This document shows, in pieces, positions 18,074 to 27,916 of a stretch of DNA of 64,000 nt; position 1 is the first letter of the stretch, and each line of letters begins with the position of its first letter. The notes under the pieces were generated by a model that was not told the origin of the DNA, searched no databases, and saw nothing but the letters and a program-made list of their open reading frames with translations. Source of the stretch: Candidatus Latescibacterota bacterium (GTDB lineage: Bacteria; Latescibacterota; UBA2968); NCBI GenBank assembly GCA_965205975.1, contig OZ242195.1:3840001-3904000 (forward strand). The letters run 5' to 3'. A program made the translations under genes and the position numbers.

Positions 18074-19650
18074 GACCGCCCCTGTATAGCTCCCTTTCCT
18101 CCCACCCATAACCCCACAACACACGGTTGATCTTTATCCTCAAACGGATTGACCAACTCGGTATTAAACCCGCCCCAATCACTCGACTTCTCCATCTCGC
18201 CACTACTCCGCTCACCCGTCAAAATCGCCATCCAATCCACAGCTATTGGCGTCCCCTCGCCTACATCGGACAAATCGATACGCGTATCGCCCCCCTCGGG
18301 CAGATACACCAGATACGCATCCCCTGCCAGCGCCAGACAAAGACCGCGCTCCACATATTCATTATCCCCAACCATCTGATTAAACGGCAAACCCTCCAAA
18401 AAGTCCCGCAACTCCCGATACCTCATCCAGCTCTCTGGCACTGGCTCAAACTTAATCAAATCCCACGACGTATTATCGTAATAATAACACGGATAGGCAC
18501 CTGCCGCATAAATCGCCCACGTCCACTTCAAAATATCATCCCACTCGGCAGTCGTGCGCCCGCGATAAGTCTTGAGCTGTTCCTCGGCAAGCTCGTACCC
18601 GTACTCCACATTCACATACGGCGTACCCGAATTCCGCATCCTGCGAATCGCCTCCCGATTATAGCGCGCCCCATCGGACAAATGCACCTGATCCGTCACA
18701 AAATCCGACTTGCGATCCGGTTCAGCCAGCGTACCCGCGTTTCGGATCTCAACATCGTGCACCGTCAGCAAATGCCCATACGCATCCGCCCCGCGAATAA
18801 TATCCATACGCTCCAGAACATAATCGTGATCGCCCATCTCGCGAAACAGATTCTTGCTCTCCTTGCCCACATCCCAAATCACATTGCCAAACGCCTGGTA
18901 CCGCGCAACCGCATAGCGCCAGAACCGATCATCTGCGTCTGTCTCGCGCGCCGGCCAATTCACCTGCTTATTCTGCACCTGCAACATCAGATGAACCACA
19001 ATCCCCTTCCCGTGCAAATAGCGCATCAAGCGATCAAAATCGCGAAAAAAATCGATATTCATCCGCTCGTGATCCGGCGCATCATTCGTACCCTCGAACA
19101 AATACATCTCCGGCGGCCCAAAAATATACTCGGGCAACACAGGACGCGTATCGTCATTCGGTCGCGAACCAAAACCCGTGTGCGCATACAAATTCATAAC
19201 AAAACAATTGAACCCCCGGCTCGCAACCAGATCGACATGCCGACAACACCGCGCCGCATCTGCCTGGTGATAGCTAAACAACCAATCGCACTCAAAACCC
19301 AGATATAAAAAAGGCGTACCATCAGACCATGCAAACCGCTGTGGGTACTCCGGATCAATACCCAGCAGACCATGCACATCAGCGTTCTCATTCCCCACGC
19401 ACTGCAACTGCCACTCAGCCCCATCCAGACCCGAATGCTCAGACCGCGAAAGCCCCGTCCAAACACCTTCTAAACCAGGACTAAACCGGACAACCCACTT
19501 ATCCCCATCAAAAAAACCGGGCAAATCTTCAACCACCTCGCCCAGTTCGTGCGTAAAAGTTGCCATCACCTCCACCGCAAACGGATTTTTATCACCCACA
19601 TCCGCATACAATTCAAAATCGCACACCGCGTATTGTTGCACTTCTACCAT
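18070..19650 (-). CDS. DUF5060/DUF4038 glycoside-hydrolase-like protein with a collagen-binding-like C-terminus
   Basis: 'PGFFDGDKWVVRFSP', 'RYAVARYQAFGNVIWD', 'VNVEYGYE', 'YLVYLPEGG'. Confidence 0.7.
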   Translation of the reverse strand: MVEVQQYAVCDFELYADVGDKNPFAVEVMATFTHELGEVVEDLPGFFDGDKWVVRFSPGLEGVWTGLSRSEHSGLDGAEWQLQCVGNENADVHGLLGIDPEYPQRFAWSDGTPFLYLGFECDWLFSYHQADAARCCRHVDLVASRGFNCFVMNLYAHTGFGSRPNDDTRPVLPEYIFGPPEMYLFEGTNDAPDHERMNIDFFRDFDRLMRYLHGKGIVVHLMLQVQNKQVNWPARETDADDRFWRYAVARYQAFGNVIWDVGKESKNLFREMGDHDYVLERMDIIRGADAYGHLLTVHDVEIRNAGTLAEPDRKSDFVTDQVHLSDGARYNREAIRRMRNSGTPYVNVEYGYELAEEQLKTYRGRTTAEWDDILKWTWAIYAAGAYPCYYYDNTSWDLIKFEPVPESWMRYRELRDFLEGLPFNQMVGDNEYVERGLCLALAGDAYLVYLPEGGDTRIDLSDVGEGTPIAVDWMAILTGERSSGEMEKSSDWGGFNTELVNPFEDKDQPCVVGLWVGGKGAIQGRS

Positions 19651-19863
19651 CGGATAAATCCTTTCTATTTCTGTATAGATGTTACATCATGCGTGACTTT
19701 AAAGACGGGCGAGGCATGCCTCGCCCCTACAATGAATAACTGACCATTGACTGCTGATAGCTTGTTTTGCATTATTTATACGACTTAATCACATAATACA
19801 ACAGCACACCCAGCACAATAACCACAACCCCCACCCAGATCAGTGCCCAAAACTGAACATCCA

Positions 19864-20673
19864 TCATTCCCCATCCTCAATCGACACATCCCGTACCTCA
19901 TCTGTCCAATCAACCCAGATATCATCTCCCGGGGGTTCCTCCTGAAGCTGGAGCATATCGTTCAGCTTGAAATCGTACAACACCGCCTTTCGGATCTGCC
20001 GCGAATAATTGGCCGACGCCATATGCCCGATACGGTGGTGCCAAAAAACAATATCACCGGGTTCACCATGCGTCTGATATGAATTCTCGTCACAAGATTG
20101 AAACGCCTCTCTATGCTTCTCCATCCGGGGCAATGGCTCCTTGAGATAGCGCGTCTGGTAATCGAAAAAAAACGTGCGATGGCTCCTGGGCCACACCGTA
20201 AAACCGCCGCCATCTTCGGGCACGTGATCGATATAGCCCACCACTGCAAAATTGAACGCATGGGCATCCACATGCAAATGCCGCGGTTTCCTCGGAACAT
20301 CGCCATAGGGCAACGTGCAATAAATACCGCGCACGCCCCTCGGCTCGGGAAAATTCCCCTTACCCAGCATCTGCTCCGCAGCACCCCACACAACCGGATT
20401 CTTTGCCAACAGCTCAATCATCCAGGGCTCTCTGCCCACCTTGCGGTATTGCCAGCGATAACCGCGCTTGTAATTATTGCGATCCTCTGATTCCTCTTCC
20501 GGCTTAATGGGACCCACCCATGAATCCGGATCGTCTTTCTTCAAACTCGGCGGCGGATCGTCCCACAGGCGTTCCCGCGCACGGGCGCACAACTCGGGAT
20601 CCAGAGCACCCTTCTTCACCAGATAGCCCTCGCGTTTGAAAAAACGGATCTCATCTTCCGTAAGCACAGGCAT
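19864..20673 (-). CDS. PhyH-family dioxygenase (canonical HxD)
   Basis: 'FFKREGYLV', 'HVD', 'GGFTVWPRSH', 'GDIVFWHHRIGH'. Confidence 0.85.
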   Translation of the reverse strand: MPVLTEDEIRFFKREGYLVKKGALDPELCARARERLWDDPPPSLKKDDPDSWVGPIKPEEESEDRNNYKRGYRWQYRKVGREPWMIELLAKNPVVWGAAEQMLGKGNFPEPRGVRGIYCTLPYGDVPRKPRHLHVDAHAFNFAVVGYIDHVPEDGGGFTVWPRSHRTFFFDYQTRYLKEPLPRMEKHREAFQSCDENSYQTHGEPGDIVFWHHRIGHMASANYSRQIRKAVLYDFKLNDMLQLQEEPPGDDIWVDWTDEVRDVSIEDGE

Positions 20674-20848
20674 GACACACTCTCCTCTTTTATACGAGTT
20701 GATACTGTCTCAATCCAATTATAGGCACTTACGCATCGGCAATAAAGTATAAAGTGACCTGATACAACAAAAAACAAGTTGCCTATCAGTCCATATTGTA
20801 TATCTTTTTAAGCAACCACCTTAGCTTCATCTATCTGGGAGTATTAAA

Positions 20849-21076
20849 ATGTCTCTCCGCTTTCACCAACTGCCTTCCTTTCGTCTCGGTCTGTCGTTTT
20901 GGTCCGGGGTCTCTTCGCTGGCAGATGTTTTAGGGGAAGCTACTCTCCCCGAAGCCGACGATATTCTATCGGGACCTGAAGCTGATCGAGTAGCCTTAGA
21001 GGACGATCTCCAGAGAATCGGAAAAGACTTTCAGAAAGTCATAGCACAGGTAACCGATGAGCACATCTCGGAGTAA
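20849..21076 (+). CDS. Small hypothetical protein upstream of DUF2335
   Basis: 75-aa ORF overlapping the next start; 'D..AL..D...IG.DF' C-terminus. Confidence 0.55.
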   Translation: MSLRFHQLPSFRLGLSFWSGVSSLADVLGEATLPEADDILSGPEADRVALEDDLQRIGKDFQKVIAQVTDEHISE

Positions 21077-21527
21077 GCACCCAGAAGGTCAATCTCGCCA
21101 AGCTCGACAGGATCAGCCTGAATCTTCCTCTTCCCGTCATTCTGCTGAGCTTATTGCCCAGCAAACCACCATTGAGGCGCACCAGGGACCTCTGCCTACT
21201 CCTGATGATTTGGCGCAGTACGATCAAGTTCTGCCCGGACTCGCAGATCGAATTGTGGTCATGGCAGAAAAGGAGCAAGCTCACCGAATTGATTCGGAAC
21301 AAAAGATTTTAAGGGCTTCAATAGCCTCCCATCATCGGGGACAGCTTTTGGCAACTTTCCTGGGCTTACTTGGTTTTGTTGTGGCAATCGCTTTTGGTTA
21401 TTGGGGTTTTGCTACTGCTGGAGCCGGACTGGCAGGAGGGGTTATTCTTTCAATTGTGGGCGTTCTTTACGTAAAACAGCGATACGCAAAGCGGGTGCCG
21501 TCAAGTGGAAAAACAGCGGACAAATGA
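21057..21527 (+). CDS. DUF2335 predicted membrane protein
   Basis: 'HQGPLPTPDDLAQYDQVLPGLADRIVVMAEKEQAHR' plus two TM segments. Confidence 0.85.
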   Translation: MSTSRSKHPEGQSRQARQDQPESSSSRHSAELIAQQTTIEAHQGPLPTPDDLAQYDQVLPGLADRIVVMAEKEQAHRIDSEQKILRASIASHHRGQLLATFLGLLGFVVAIAFGYWGFATAGAGLAGGVILSIVGVLYVKQRYAKRVPSSGKTADK

Positions 21528-21700
21528 AAATACAAAAGTACATTTACTGGCAAGATGATCTTATGTTTCTCGGATACCTTGAAGATTATCCCGATTACTG
21601 GACACAAGGCAAAACTATAGAAGAGCTGGAAGAAAATCTGATCGATATATACAACGAACTTACAGGTGGTGCTATTCCCTCTCATCCAGATATACAGTAA
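21524..21700 (+). CDS. HicB-like antitoxin (short, possibly truncated)
   Basis: 'YWQDDLMFLGYLEDYPDYWTQGKTIEELEENLIDIY'; ATGA overlap with the upstream gene. Confidence 0.7.
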   Translation: MKIQKYIYWQDDLMFLGYLEDYPDYWTQGKTIEELEENLIDIYNELTGGAIPSHPDIQ

Positions 21701-22952
21701 CCTCCCCATCATTTTCATCCACGATTGCATTGGTGAATTGGGCGGTCAAGCCAGAGCCAGAAATATTCACCGCTCCATCGTCAGACACCACCTCTAATGC
21801 ATCAAGCCCCGCGATCGTCAACCTCAGAACGCCATCTAGCGGATGGGGACCCTTTGCCACAGTCAGTGCTTTAACATCATCCATCCTATCCGTCAGCATC
21901 TCCAATTGACCACTCTCGTGACGGATATTAACGAACCGCGTATGGAGCACACCCCCTTCTACAATCCTGAGATTACTGGGATCCGTACCACTCACCCACA
22001 GAGGAACTGTATCAGGTGCTATAACAGACAAGCGCATGCCCGCCTGTGAATCAAACGCCTGCCTTTGCTCAGACCGCTGTGCAAGTAGATCTTGCACATC
22101 TACTCTTGCAACATCTTCAAAACGCGCGATCTCCGCCTCGGTAAATTCGCCACACTGACCCCCGCTCTTTTCGAGAGCTTCTGCCAGATATAAATCCAAC
22201 GCCTGCTCATCATCCGCTTCAAATGCTGTCTTCCACATTGGCGCAAACGCATCGAGCAAAACCGCAAGCGCGTGCCCTGTCTCGTAGCACCGTCCGCGCA
22301 CCTCATTCGCGGCATAACCCTCCCGCGGCAAATCCACGCTCATCCGACCCACAGACATCGCCTCCACATAAGAGGCAAGCCCTTCGAGCAACTCTGTCCC
22401 TCGTTCATAGGTGGAAAACTCCGGACCCATCCCCGCATATCGATCCTGCCGCGCCCTGAGTGCCCGCAACGTCCAACATCGCTTCTCCTCGGACCCATGC
22501 GCAGCGAGCGCCCGTCGCAACGCCTCTGTCTCCATCCGCCGAAAGGACAGCAAATTTGCATCATCCACCGGATAGAGATAAAGCACGGTTTCGTTTCCCT
22601 GCCAGGTGGGATGACAAGCTTGTTGATAGACATGGAACGCCTCGTGAATTGCTAACGAAGCTATAACTGTCGGCACTTGATTTGCCGATCTATCGAACAT
22701 AACACTGGCTGCTGGCGTTCCCGCAATCTCGACAACACTGCTGGCAGTCACGACTGGATAGCGCCCATCGTACACAAGCACATCGCATTCACCAACCCGC
22801 ATCTCCTTAAAACCCTCGGGAACCTCCGAACACCGAAAAAGATATGTATCGTCACCGTCATAAAAAACAAGAGGAACCGCGAGCGGATCAAAGCCCGGCC
22901 ACAATTCACCCCGTGCGGCCAGACGCTCAATCTCACGCGCCAAATCTGACAC
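21672..22952 (-). CDS. Hypothetical protein with a gluzincin-like metallopeptidase motif
   Basis: HEAFH plus downstream EGLA; start approximate (GTG after AGGAG). Confidence 0.6.
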   Translation of the reverse strand: MSDLAREIERLAARGELWPGFDPLAVPLVFYDGDDTYLFRCSEVPEGFKEMRVGECDVLVYDGRYPVVTASSVVEIAGTPAASVMFDRSANQVPTVIASLAIHEAFHVYQQACHPTWQGNETVLYLYPVDDANLLSFRRMETEALRRALAAHGSEEKRCWTLRALRARQDRYAGMGPEFSTYERGTELLEGLASYVEAMSVGRMSVDLPREGYAANEVRGRCYETGHALAVLLDAFAPMWKTAFEADDEQALDLYLAEALEKSGGQCGEFTEAEIARFEDVARVDVQDLLAQRSEQRQAFDSQAGMRLSVIAPDTVPLWVSGTDPSNLRIVEGGVLHTRFVNIRHESGQLEMLTDRMDDVKALTVAKGPHPLDGVLRLTIAGLDALEVVSDDGAVNISGSGLTAQFTNAIVDENDGEVTVYLDERE

Positions 22953-22978
22953 ATGTCTCCTATCTTTGGGAACACACA

Positions 22979-23341
22979 TCAGACAGATCCCTCCTCATCT
23001 ACCCGCTGATACGACGCCGTAATCTCGTGATCTATGCCCCCGCGAATATTGAAACGGCTGATCACCTCCATCTCGACCGGATCGCACAGATCTACCAGAT
23101 CGTTCAAAATCTGATTCGTCACAGGCTCCATATAAATCCCCTGATCTCGGAACGACCAGAAATAGTGCTTCAGCGACCGCAACTCCACGCACCGCGGACC
23201 GGGAACATACCAGATCACAATCGTCGCAAAATCCGGCTGCCCCGTCTTGGGACACAACGACGTAAACTCCGGAAACGTAAACTCAATCGTATAACGCCGT
23301 TCCGGATTCGGATTATCAAACGCCTCTAATAGTGGACTCAT
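22979..23341 (-). CDS. queF: NADPH-dependent preQ0 reductase (type I QueF)
   Basis: 'PEFTSLCPKTGQPDFA' (catalytic Cys and Asp), 'VELRSLKHY', 'RGGI'. Confidence 0.88.
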   Translation of the reverse strand: MSPLLEAFDNPNPERRYTIEFTFPEFTSLCPKTGQPDFATIVIWYVPGPRCVELRSLKHYFWSFRDQGIYMEPVTNQILNDLVDLCDPVEMEVISRFNIRGGIDHEITASYQRVDEEGSV

Positions 23342-23420
23342 ACTTCATCCTTCACACTTCACATCTTATCTGCGTTCATCTGCGAAAAACGCTCAAATTA
23401 CTCGCGTTTTTTTCTGCGGA

Positions 23421-23765
23421 TCATACCTCATCCTCACGCTCATACGCCACAGACACCCGCGTCTCAATCCCACCACGCACTGTAAAATCACCCGTCACAT
23501 CCAACGTCAGCGGATCGCACGCCGCTACAAAATCATCCACAATTTTATTCACCACACCCTCGTAAAACACCTTCTCATCCCGAAACGACCCCAAATACCG
23601 CTTCAGCGACATCTGCTCCACACACACCTCTCCCGGCACATAAGAAATCGAAACCGTCGCAAAAATCGGCTGCCCCGTCACCGCGTACAGCGCCGTAAAC
23701 TCCGACGACTCAAAATCAATCGTATAAACCCGCCCGCGCTCGGGATTTTTAACGCACGCTAACAT
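23421..23765 (-). CDS. QueF paralogue lacking the catalytic Cys and Asp
   Basis: 'EFTALYAVTGQPIFA', 'VEQMSLKRYL.SFRD...FYE', 'FTVRGGI'; alternative TTG start at 23777. Confidence 0.8.
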   Translation of the reverse strand: MLACVKNPERGRVYTIDFESSEFTALYAVTGQPIFATVSISYVPGEVCVEQMSLKRYLGSFRDEKVFYEGVVNKIVDDFVAACDPLTLDVTGDFTVRGGIETRVSVAYEREDEV

Positions 23766-23769
23766 AAAA

Positions 23770-24936
23770 TCACTCAAATGGCACCAGACTCGCGCCCACC
23801 GGATCGGGATTCGTGGGCCGAATCGGCATCTCCTCATAAGAACGATAAGATATATCCAGATGCGGCGTCTCAACCCGTCTGTACCCCTCATACCGCGAAT
23901 CTATCAACGCCTCCAGCGCACCTGAAATCAACAACGTGCGCTCAACCGGATACTGCGGCTTACCCGTCAAAAACATCTGCTGAATATTCAAACTCAAATA
24001 ACTAAAATGCGCATGCGGATTATCCGGCAAAAAAACGCGCATATTATCCACCTCTCCCCCGCGCCGCGCCGCAAAACCCCACCCCCGCGTGTACCCATTC
24101 AACATAAACGTCGCCGCCCTCAACCCATCTGCATACGCCAACAAAAAAACAGCCGGATTCTCGCAGTGATCGCGCACATCGCCATCTTCTTTCGCCTCAA
24201 TATGCGCTATCGCCGCCGCGTACAAATCCCTATCCCACGCATCCGACGCCCAGACATCATCCCCCTCCAAACACTGCACCGCCACAATCCCCGTCTCCCC
24301 GCCCGCGCGGCGCTCAACCATACACTGCAGCGTCTCCAGCGCGTGAAAACCATAAGAATCAAGCCCACCAAAAGCCACCGACACCGCCGTCTCAATCTCC
24401 GTATCCAGTTCATACTCAAGCCACGGCTTTCGCCATGCAAGCGGCAGAGACGACCCCGCCATAAACGGCACATCGAGTTCCCGCGCGCGATCGCACATCC
24501 ACTTTGCATCGTGCCAATTATACGACAGATGCTTATCGCTAAACACCGGCACAGACCGCCCAGACGAAGCAAACACCCCGCAAATCTGCTCAAAAAAATA
24601 CTTCCGCGGATACATATGTTGCTCCTTCTCATTCCACGGATAATCGCCATGCTCGCCAATCAGCAACACCCCATCCACCGCCAGCTTATCACCGCCCAAA
24701 GTCAAAGCCTGGTTAATACTCCCATACATCGGCACACCGAATTCCTCGGCAATCGCGCACCCGATATCGTCTCTGTAATGCACCTGATCCAGATACATCG
24801 ACACCACATCCACCTCTGGTGGAAGCAACCCGTCATCTGTCGGAAACCCCTTCAAAAACTTCGTCACAATCACATCGGCGTGTGACCGCGGAAAATACGA
24901 CGTAATCACCGCTGCAATTTTCTTTCGCTCGGCCAT
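23770..24936 (-). CDS. Conserved hypothetical protein, oxidoreductase-like
   Basis: 'SHADVI', 'GVLLIGEHGDYP', 'PVFSDKHL', 'YGFHALE', 'PYPVERTLL'-like. Confidence 0.65.
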   Translation of the reverse strand: MAERKKIAAVITSYFPRSHADVIVTKFLKGFPTDDGLLPPEVDVVSMYLDQVHYRDDIGCAIAEEFGVPMYGSINQALTLGGDKLAVDGVLLIGEHGDYPWNEKEQHMYPRKYFFEQICGVFASSGRSVPVFSDKHLSYNWHDAKWMCDRARELDVPFMAGSSLPLAWRKPWLEYELDTEIETAVSVAFGGLDSYGFHALETLQCMVERRAGGETGIVAVQCLEGDDVWASDAWDRDLYAAAIAHIEAKEDGDVRDHCENPAVFLLAYADGLRAATFMLNGYTRGWGFAARRGGEVDNMRVFLPDNPHAHFSYLSLNIQQMFLTGKPQYPVERTLLISGALEALIDSRYEGYRRVETPHLDISYRSYEEMPIRPTNPDPVGASLVPFE

Positions 24937-25205
24937 GGCTTTCCTCCAATTGTGTGTCTCGTTATATAATCGTAAATTATACCACAAGGAGTATAACAAC
25001 AATAAAAAAAACCACTGGATCGCGGCTCAAGCATGCCCCTGCATGGTTTAAGCAGGGGACCATGCCGCGATGACGGGCGAGGCATGCCTCGCCCCTACAA
25101 TGGATAACTGAACACTGACCGCTAAATATTCTTACATCCTCACACCCAAAATTTGGTATCTTAAAGCGTCCAAAACGCACTTTAACCATTACCGGGAGGA
25201 ATATC

Positions 25206-25811
25206 TTGACCGAAGTCAAAGCCACCAACATCGTCTGGCACGAAGGCCATGTCGCGCGCAAACAGCGCGAAGACCTGCTCGAACAAAAAGGCGCACTCAT
25301 CTGGCTCACCGGACTGCCCAGCTCGGGCAAAAGCACGATAGCATTCACCACAGAACACGCCCTGATTGAACGCGGGCGCATGGCCTACGTACTCGACGGC
25401 GACAACATCCGCCATGGACTCAACAAAAACCTCGGATTCTCAGCCGAAGACCGCGCCGAAAACATCCGCCGCATCGGCGAAGTCGGCAAACTCTTTGCCG
25501 ACACCGGCATCATCACCCTATCCAGCTTTGTAAGCCCCTATCGCACCGACCGCGACGGCGTGCGCGAACTCATGGAAGACAAAAACTTCATCGAAGTATT
25601 CATCAACACCCCCCTCGACGTATGTGAAGAACGCGACCCAAAGGGCCTGTACAAAAAAGCGCGCACAGGTGAAATACCCAACTTCACCGGCATCTCTGAC
25701 CCCTATGAACCGCCTGAAAATCCCGAACTCGTCATACACACCGTTGACAGCACCCCACAAGAGGCCGCATTGCAAATCATCGCCCTGCTCGAAACGCGCG
25801 GAAACATATAG
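25206..25811 (+). CDS. cysC: Adenylyl-sulfate kinase
   Basis: WLTGLPSSGKST, LDGDNIRHGL, RDPKGLYKKAR, FTGISDPYE. Confidence 0.96.
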   Translation: MTEVKATNIVWHEGHVARKQREDLLEQKGALIWLTGLPSSGKSTIAFTTEHALIERGRMAYVLDGDNIRHGLNKNLGFSAEDRAENIRRIGEVGKLFADTGIITLSSFVSPYRTDRDGVRELMEDKNFIEVFINTPLDVCEERDPKGLYKKARTGEIPNFTGISDPYEPPENPELVIHTVDSTPQEAALQIIALLETRGNI

Positions 25812-25816
25812 ACGAC

Positions 25817-26476
25817 ATGCCCATCATCGACCTCACCATGCCCATTGCCGACCACTTTCGCTGGCCTGTTGAGCGCAGCCTCAAAAGCAGTTTTGAAACC
25901 GGCGACATGGCGCAAGTGACCCACATGGGATGGGCTGTCCACGGATTTACGCACGTCGATGCGCCGTGCCACATGTTCCCGGAAGGACCCACCACCAGCG
26001 ACACCGAACTCGACCAAATCGTGGGACAGGCCGCAGTCGTCGATCTCTCGGGCATCGCGCCGGAAACGCCGATCACCGAAGCGCAGATTCGCGCTGCCGG
26101 ACAGCACATACGGTCTGGAGACATCGTCGTCATGAAAACGCGGTGGGACGAAATAGAATCGCATCAAACCCCCGAATTCTGGACCCGCGCGCCCTACATG
26201 TCGCGCCCCGCCGCAAAGTGGCTGCGCGCGCAAAACATCCGCGCCATAGCATTTGACTTTCCGCAAGACTATCCCATACGCCAGTTGCTCAGTGGCGAGA
26301 GAGCACCCCTTTCCGAATTTGTAACCCACGACATCCTCTTGCGCGATGGCATCATCCTCATCGAATACATCTGCAACACGGGCAGGATAGCTGCGGACCG
26401 CGTATCGTTCTTCGCCCTGCCCTTAAAAATCCCCGAAGCCGACGGCGCACCGGCTCGCGTCATCGCAATTCAATAA
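25817..26476 (+). CDS. Cyclase-family (kynurenine formamidase-like) hydrolase
   Basis: HGFTHVDAPCH; 'LPLKIPEADGAPARVIA'. Confidence 0.88.
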   Translation: MPIIDLTMPIADHFRWPVERSLKSSFETGDMAQVTHMGWAVHGFTHVDAPCHMFPEGPTTSDTELDQIVGQAAVVDLSGIAPETPITEAQIRAAGQHIRSGDIVVMKTRWDEIESHQTPEFWTRAPYMSRPAAKWLRAQNIRAIAFDFPQDYPIRQLLSGERAPLSEFVTHDILLRDGIILIEYICNTGRIAADRVSFFALPLKIPEADGAPARVIAIQ

Positions 26477-26492
26477 CCCCTGGAAAATCACC

Positions 26493-27857
26493 ATGATCTA
26501 CCACCAACTCTTCTCCCAAATTGACCGCACCGTACGCGTTGGCGTCATCGGCACCGGACACTACGCCACAGCCCTCATCACACAATCGCGCGTCGTCGAT
26601 CAACTCCACGTACCCGTCGTCTGTGACACAAACCCTGACGCAGCCCAAAATGCATATCATCACGCCGGCCTGGACACCGACAAAACCATCATAGCCGACA
26701 CCACCCAACAGGCAGCCAAAGCCATAGAACAGGGCAAACACGTCATCCTCACCGACGCCATGCAAATGATGGACCTGCCCCTCGACGTCATCGTAGAATC
26801 CACGGGCGTCCCGAGTGCAGGCGCAAAACACGGCATAGAAGCCATACGACACGGCAAACACGTCGCCATGGTATCCAAAGAAACCGACGTCACCGTCGGA
26901 CCCATCCTCAAACACCTCGCAGACAAAGCCGGACTCGTCTATACCGCTGTTGACGGCGACCAGCACGGCCTGCTCATGGGCCTTGTGCAATGGGCGCGCG
27001 GCCTGGGCCTCGAAGTACTCTGCGGAGGCAAATCACTGGACTCTGACCGCGTTTACGACCCACAGACCAACGCCATCGTCTGGTCCAAAGGCAAAATCCA
27101 GATCCCCGACGAACAGATATTCTCCACCCAAAATCCCTCGGCCTACATCGCACAACGCCGTCAAATCATGGGCGAACTCGGCGCCATCGCCGGTTACGAC
27201 ATCACCGAACTCACCATCGCCGCCAATGCCACCGGTCTCATCCCCGATATAGACACCCTGCACACACCCGTAGTCCGCACCGTTGAAATACCCGAAGTCC
27301 TCGCACCCAGAGAAGACGGCGGCATCTTATCCCACCGCGGCGTCATCGACTGCGTCTCCTGCCTGCGCCAGGCAAATGAACCCGGCCTTGGCGGCGGCGT
27401 CTTCATCGTCATCGCCTGTGAAAACGCCTACTCCCGCCACATCCTCACCACCAAAGGACTCATCCCCAACAAAAAAGGCACCACAGCCCTCATCTACCGC
27501 CCCTATCACCTCTGCGGCGTTGAAACACCCATCACAACACTCGTCGCCGGCCTCTTAAACCTGCCCACGGGCACGACCGACTACCACCCATCCTTTGACG
27601 TTGTAGGCCGCGCAAAAGAACACCTCAAAGCCGGTGATCGGATCGGCAACGACCACAGCAAAAACATCGAATACCTCATGCGCCCCGCGCTACCCGTCGC
27701 GCCCGACAACCCCCTCCCCTACCACATGGCCAACGGCAATACCCTCAGCCGGGACATCCCCGCTGGCACCTTCATCACAGCAAGCGCGATACAACCCAAA
27801 GACAACGACCCCCTCTGGACGCTTCGCAAAGAACAGGACGCGCATTTTCTAAAATAA
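26493..27857 (+). CDS. NAD(P)-dependent homoserine-dehydrogenase-like protein with a C-terminal SAF domain
   Basis: GVIGTG, 'KETDVTVGPIL', GDQ, 'ANATGL', 'YRPYHLCGVE'. Confidence 0.8.
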   Translation: MIYHQLFSQIDRTVRVGVIGTGHYATALITQSRVVDQLHVPVVCDTNPDAAQNAYHHAGLDTDKTIIADTTQQAAKAIEQGKHVILTDAMQMMDLPLDVIVESTGVPSAGAKHGIEAIRHGKHVAMVSKETDVTVGPILKHLADKAGLVYTAVDGDQHGLLMGLVQWARGLGLEVLCGGKSLDSDRVYDPQTNAIVWSKGKIQIPDEQIFSTQNPSAYIAQRRQIMGELGAIAGYDITELTIAANATGLIPDIDTLHTPVVRTVEIPEVLAPREDGGILSHRGVIDCVSCLRQANEPGLGGGVFIVIACENAYSRHILTTKGLIPNKKGTTALIYRPYHLCGVETPITTLVAGLLNLPTGTTDYHPSFDVVGRAKEHLKAGDRIGNDHSKNIEYLMRPALPVAPDNPLPYHMANGNTLSRDIPAGTFITASAIQPKDNDPLWTLRKEQDAHFLK

Positions 27858-27896
27858 AAAAAACCGAGTACATCTTTGCAATGTACTCGGTTTTTC
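27856..27896. terminator. Bidirectional intrinsic terminator
   Basis: A-tract-CCGAGTACAT-loop-ATGTACTCGG-T-tract between convergent genes. Confidence 0.85.
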
Positions 27897-27916
27897 TCTA
27901 AATATTATCGACCTAC

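Noticed and set aside
18127..19308. Long antisense ORFs (also 3917-4822, 15148-16182, 29311-30555, 57040-58374, 59202-60218, 61739-62644)
   Set aside because: They are shadows of well-supported opposite-strand genes; the R/H/I/P-rich composition reflects strand skew and they have no motifs.
20849..21700. Prophage
   Set aside because: No integrase, structural or replication genes are nearby.
22979..23777. Dpd-type 7-deazaguanine DNA modification cluster
   Set aside because: No dpdA/tgt, queC, queD, queE or folE is present in the window.
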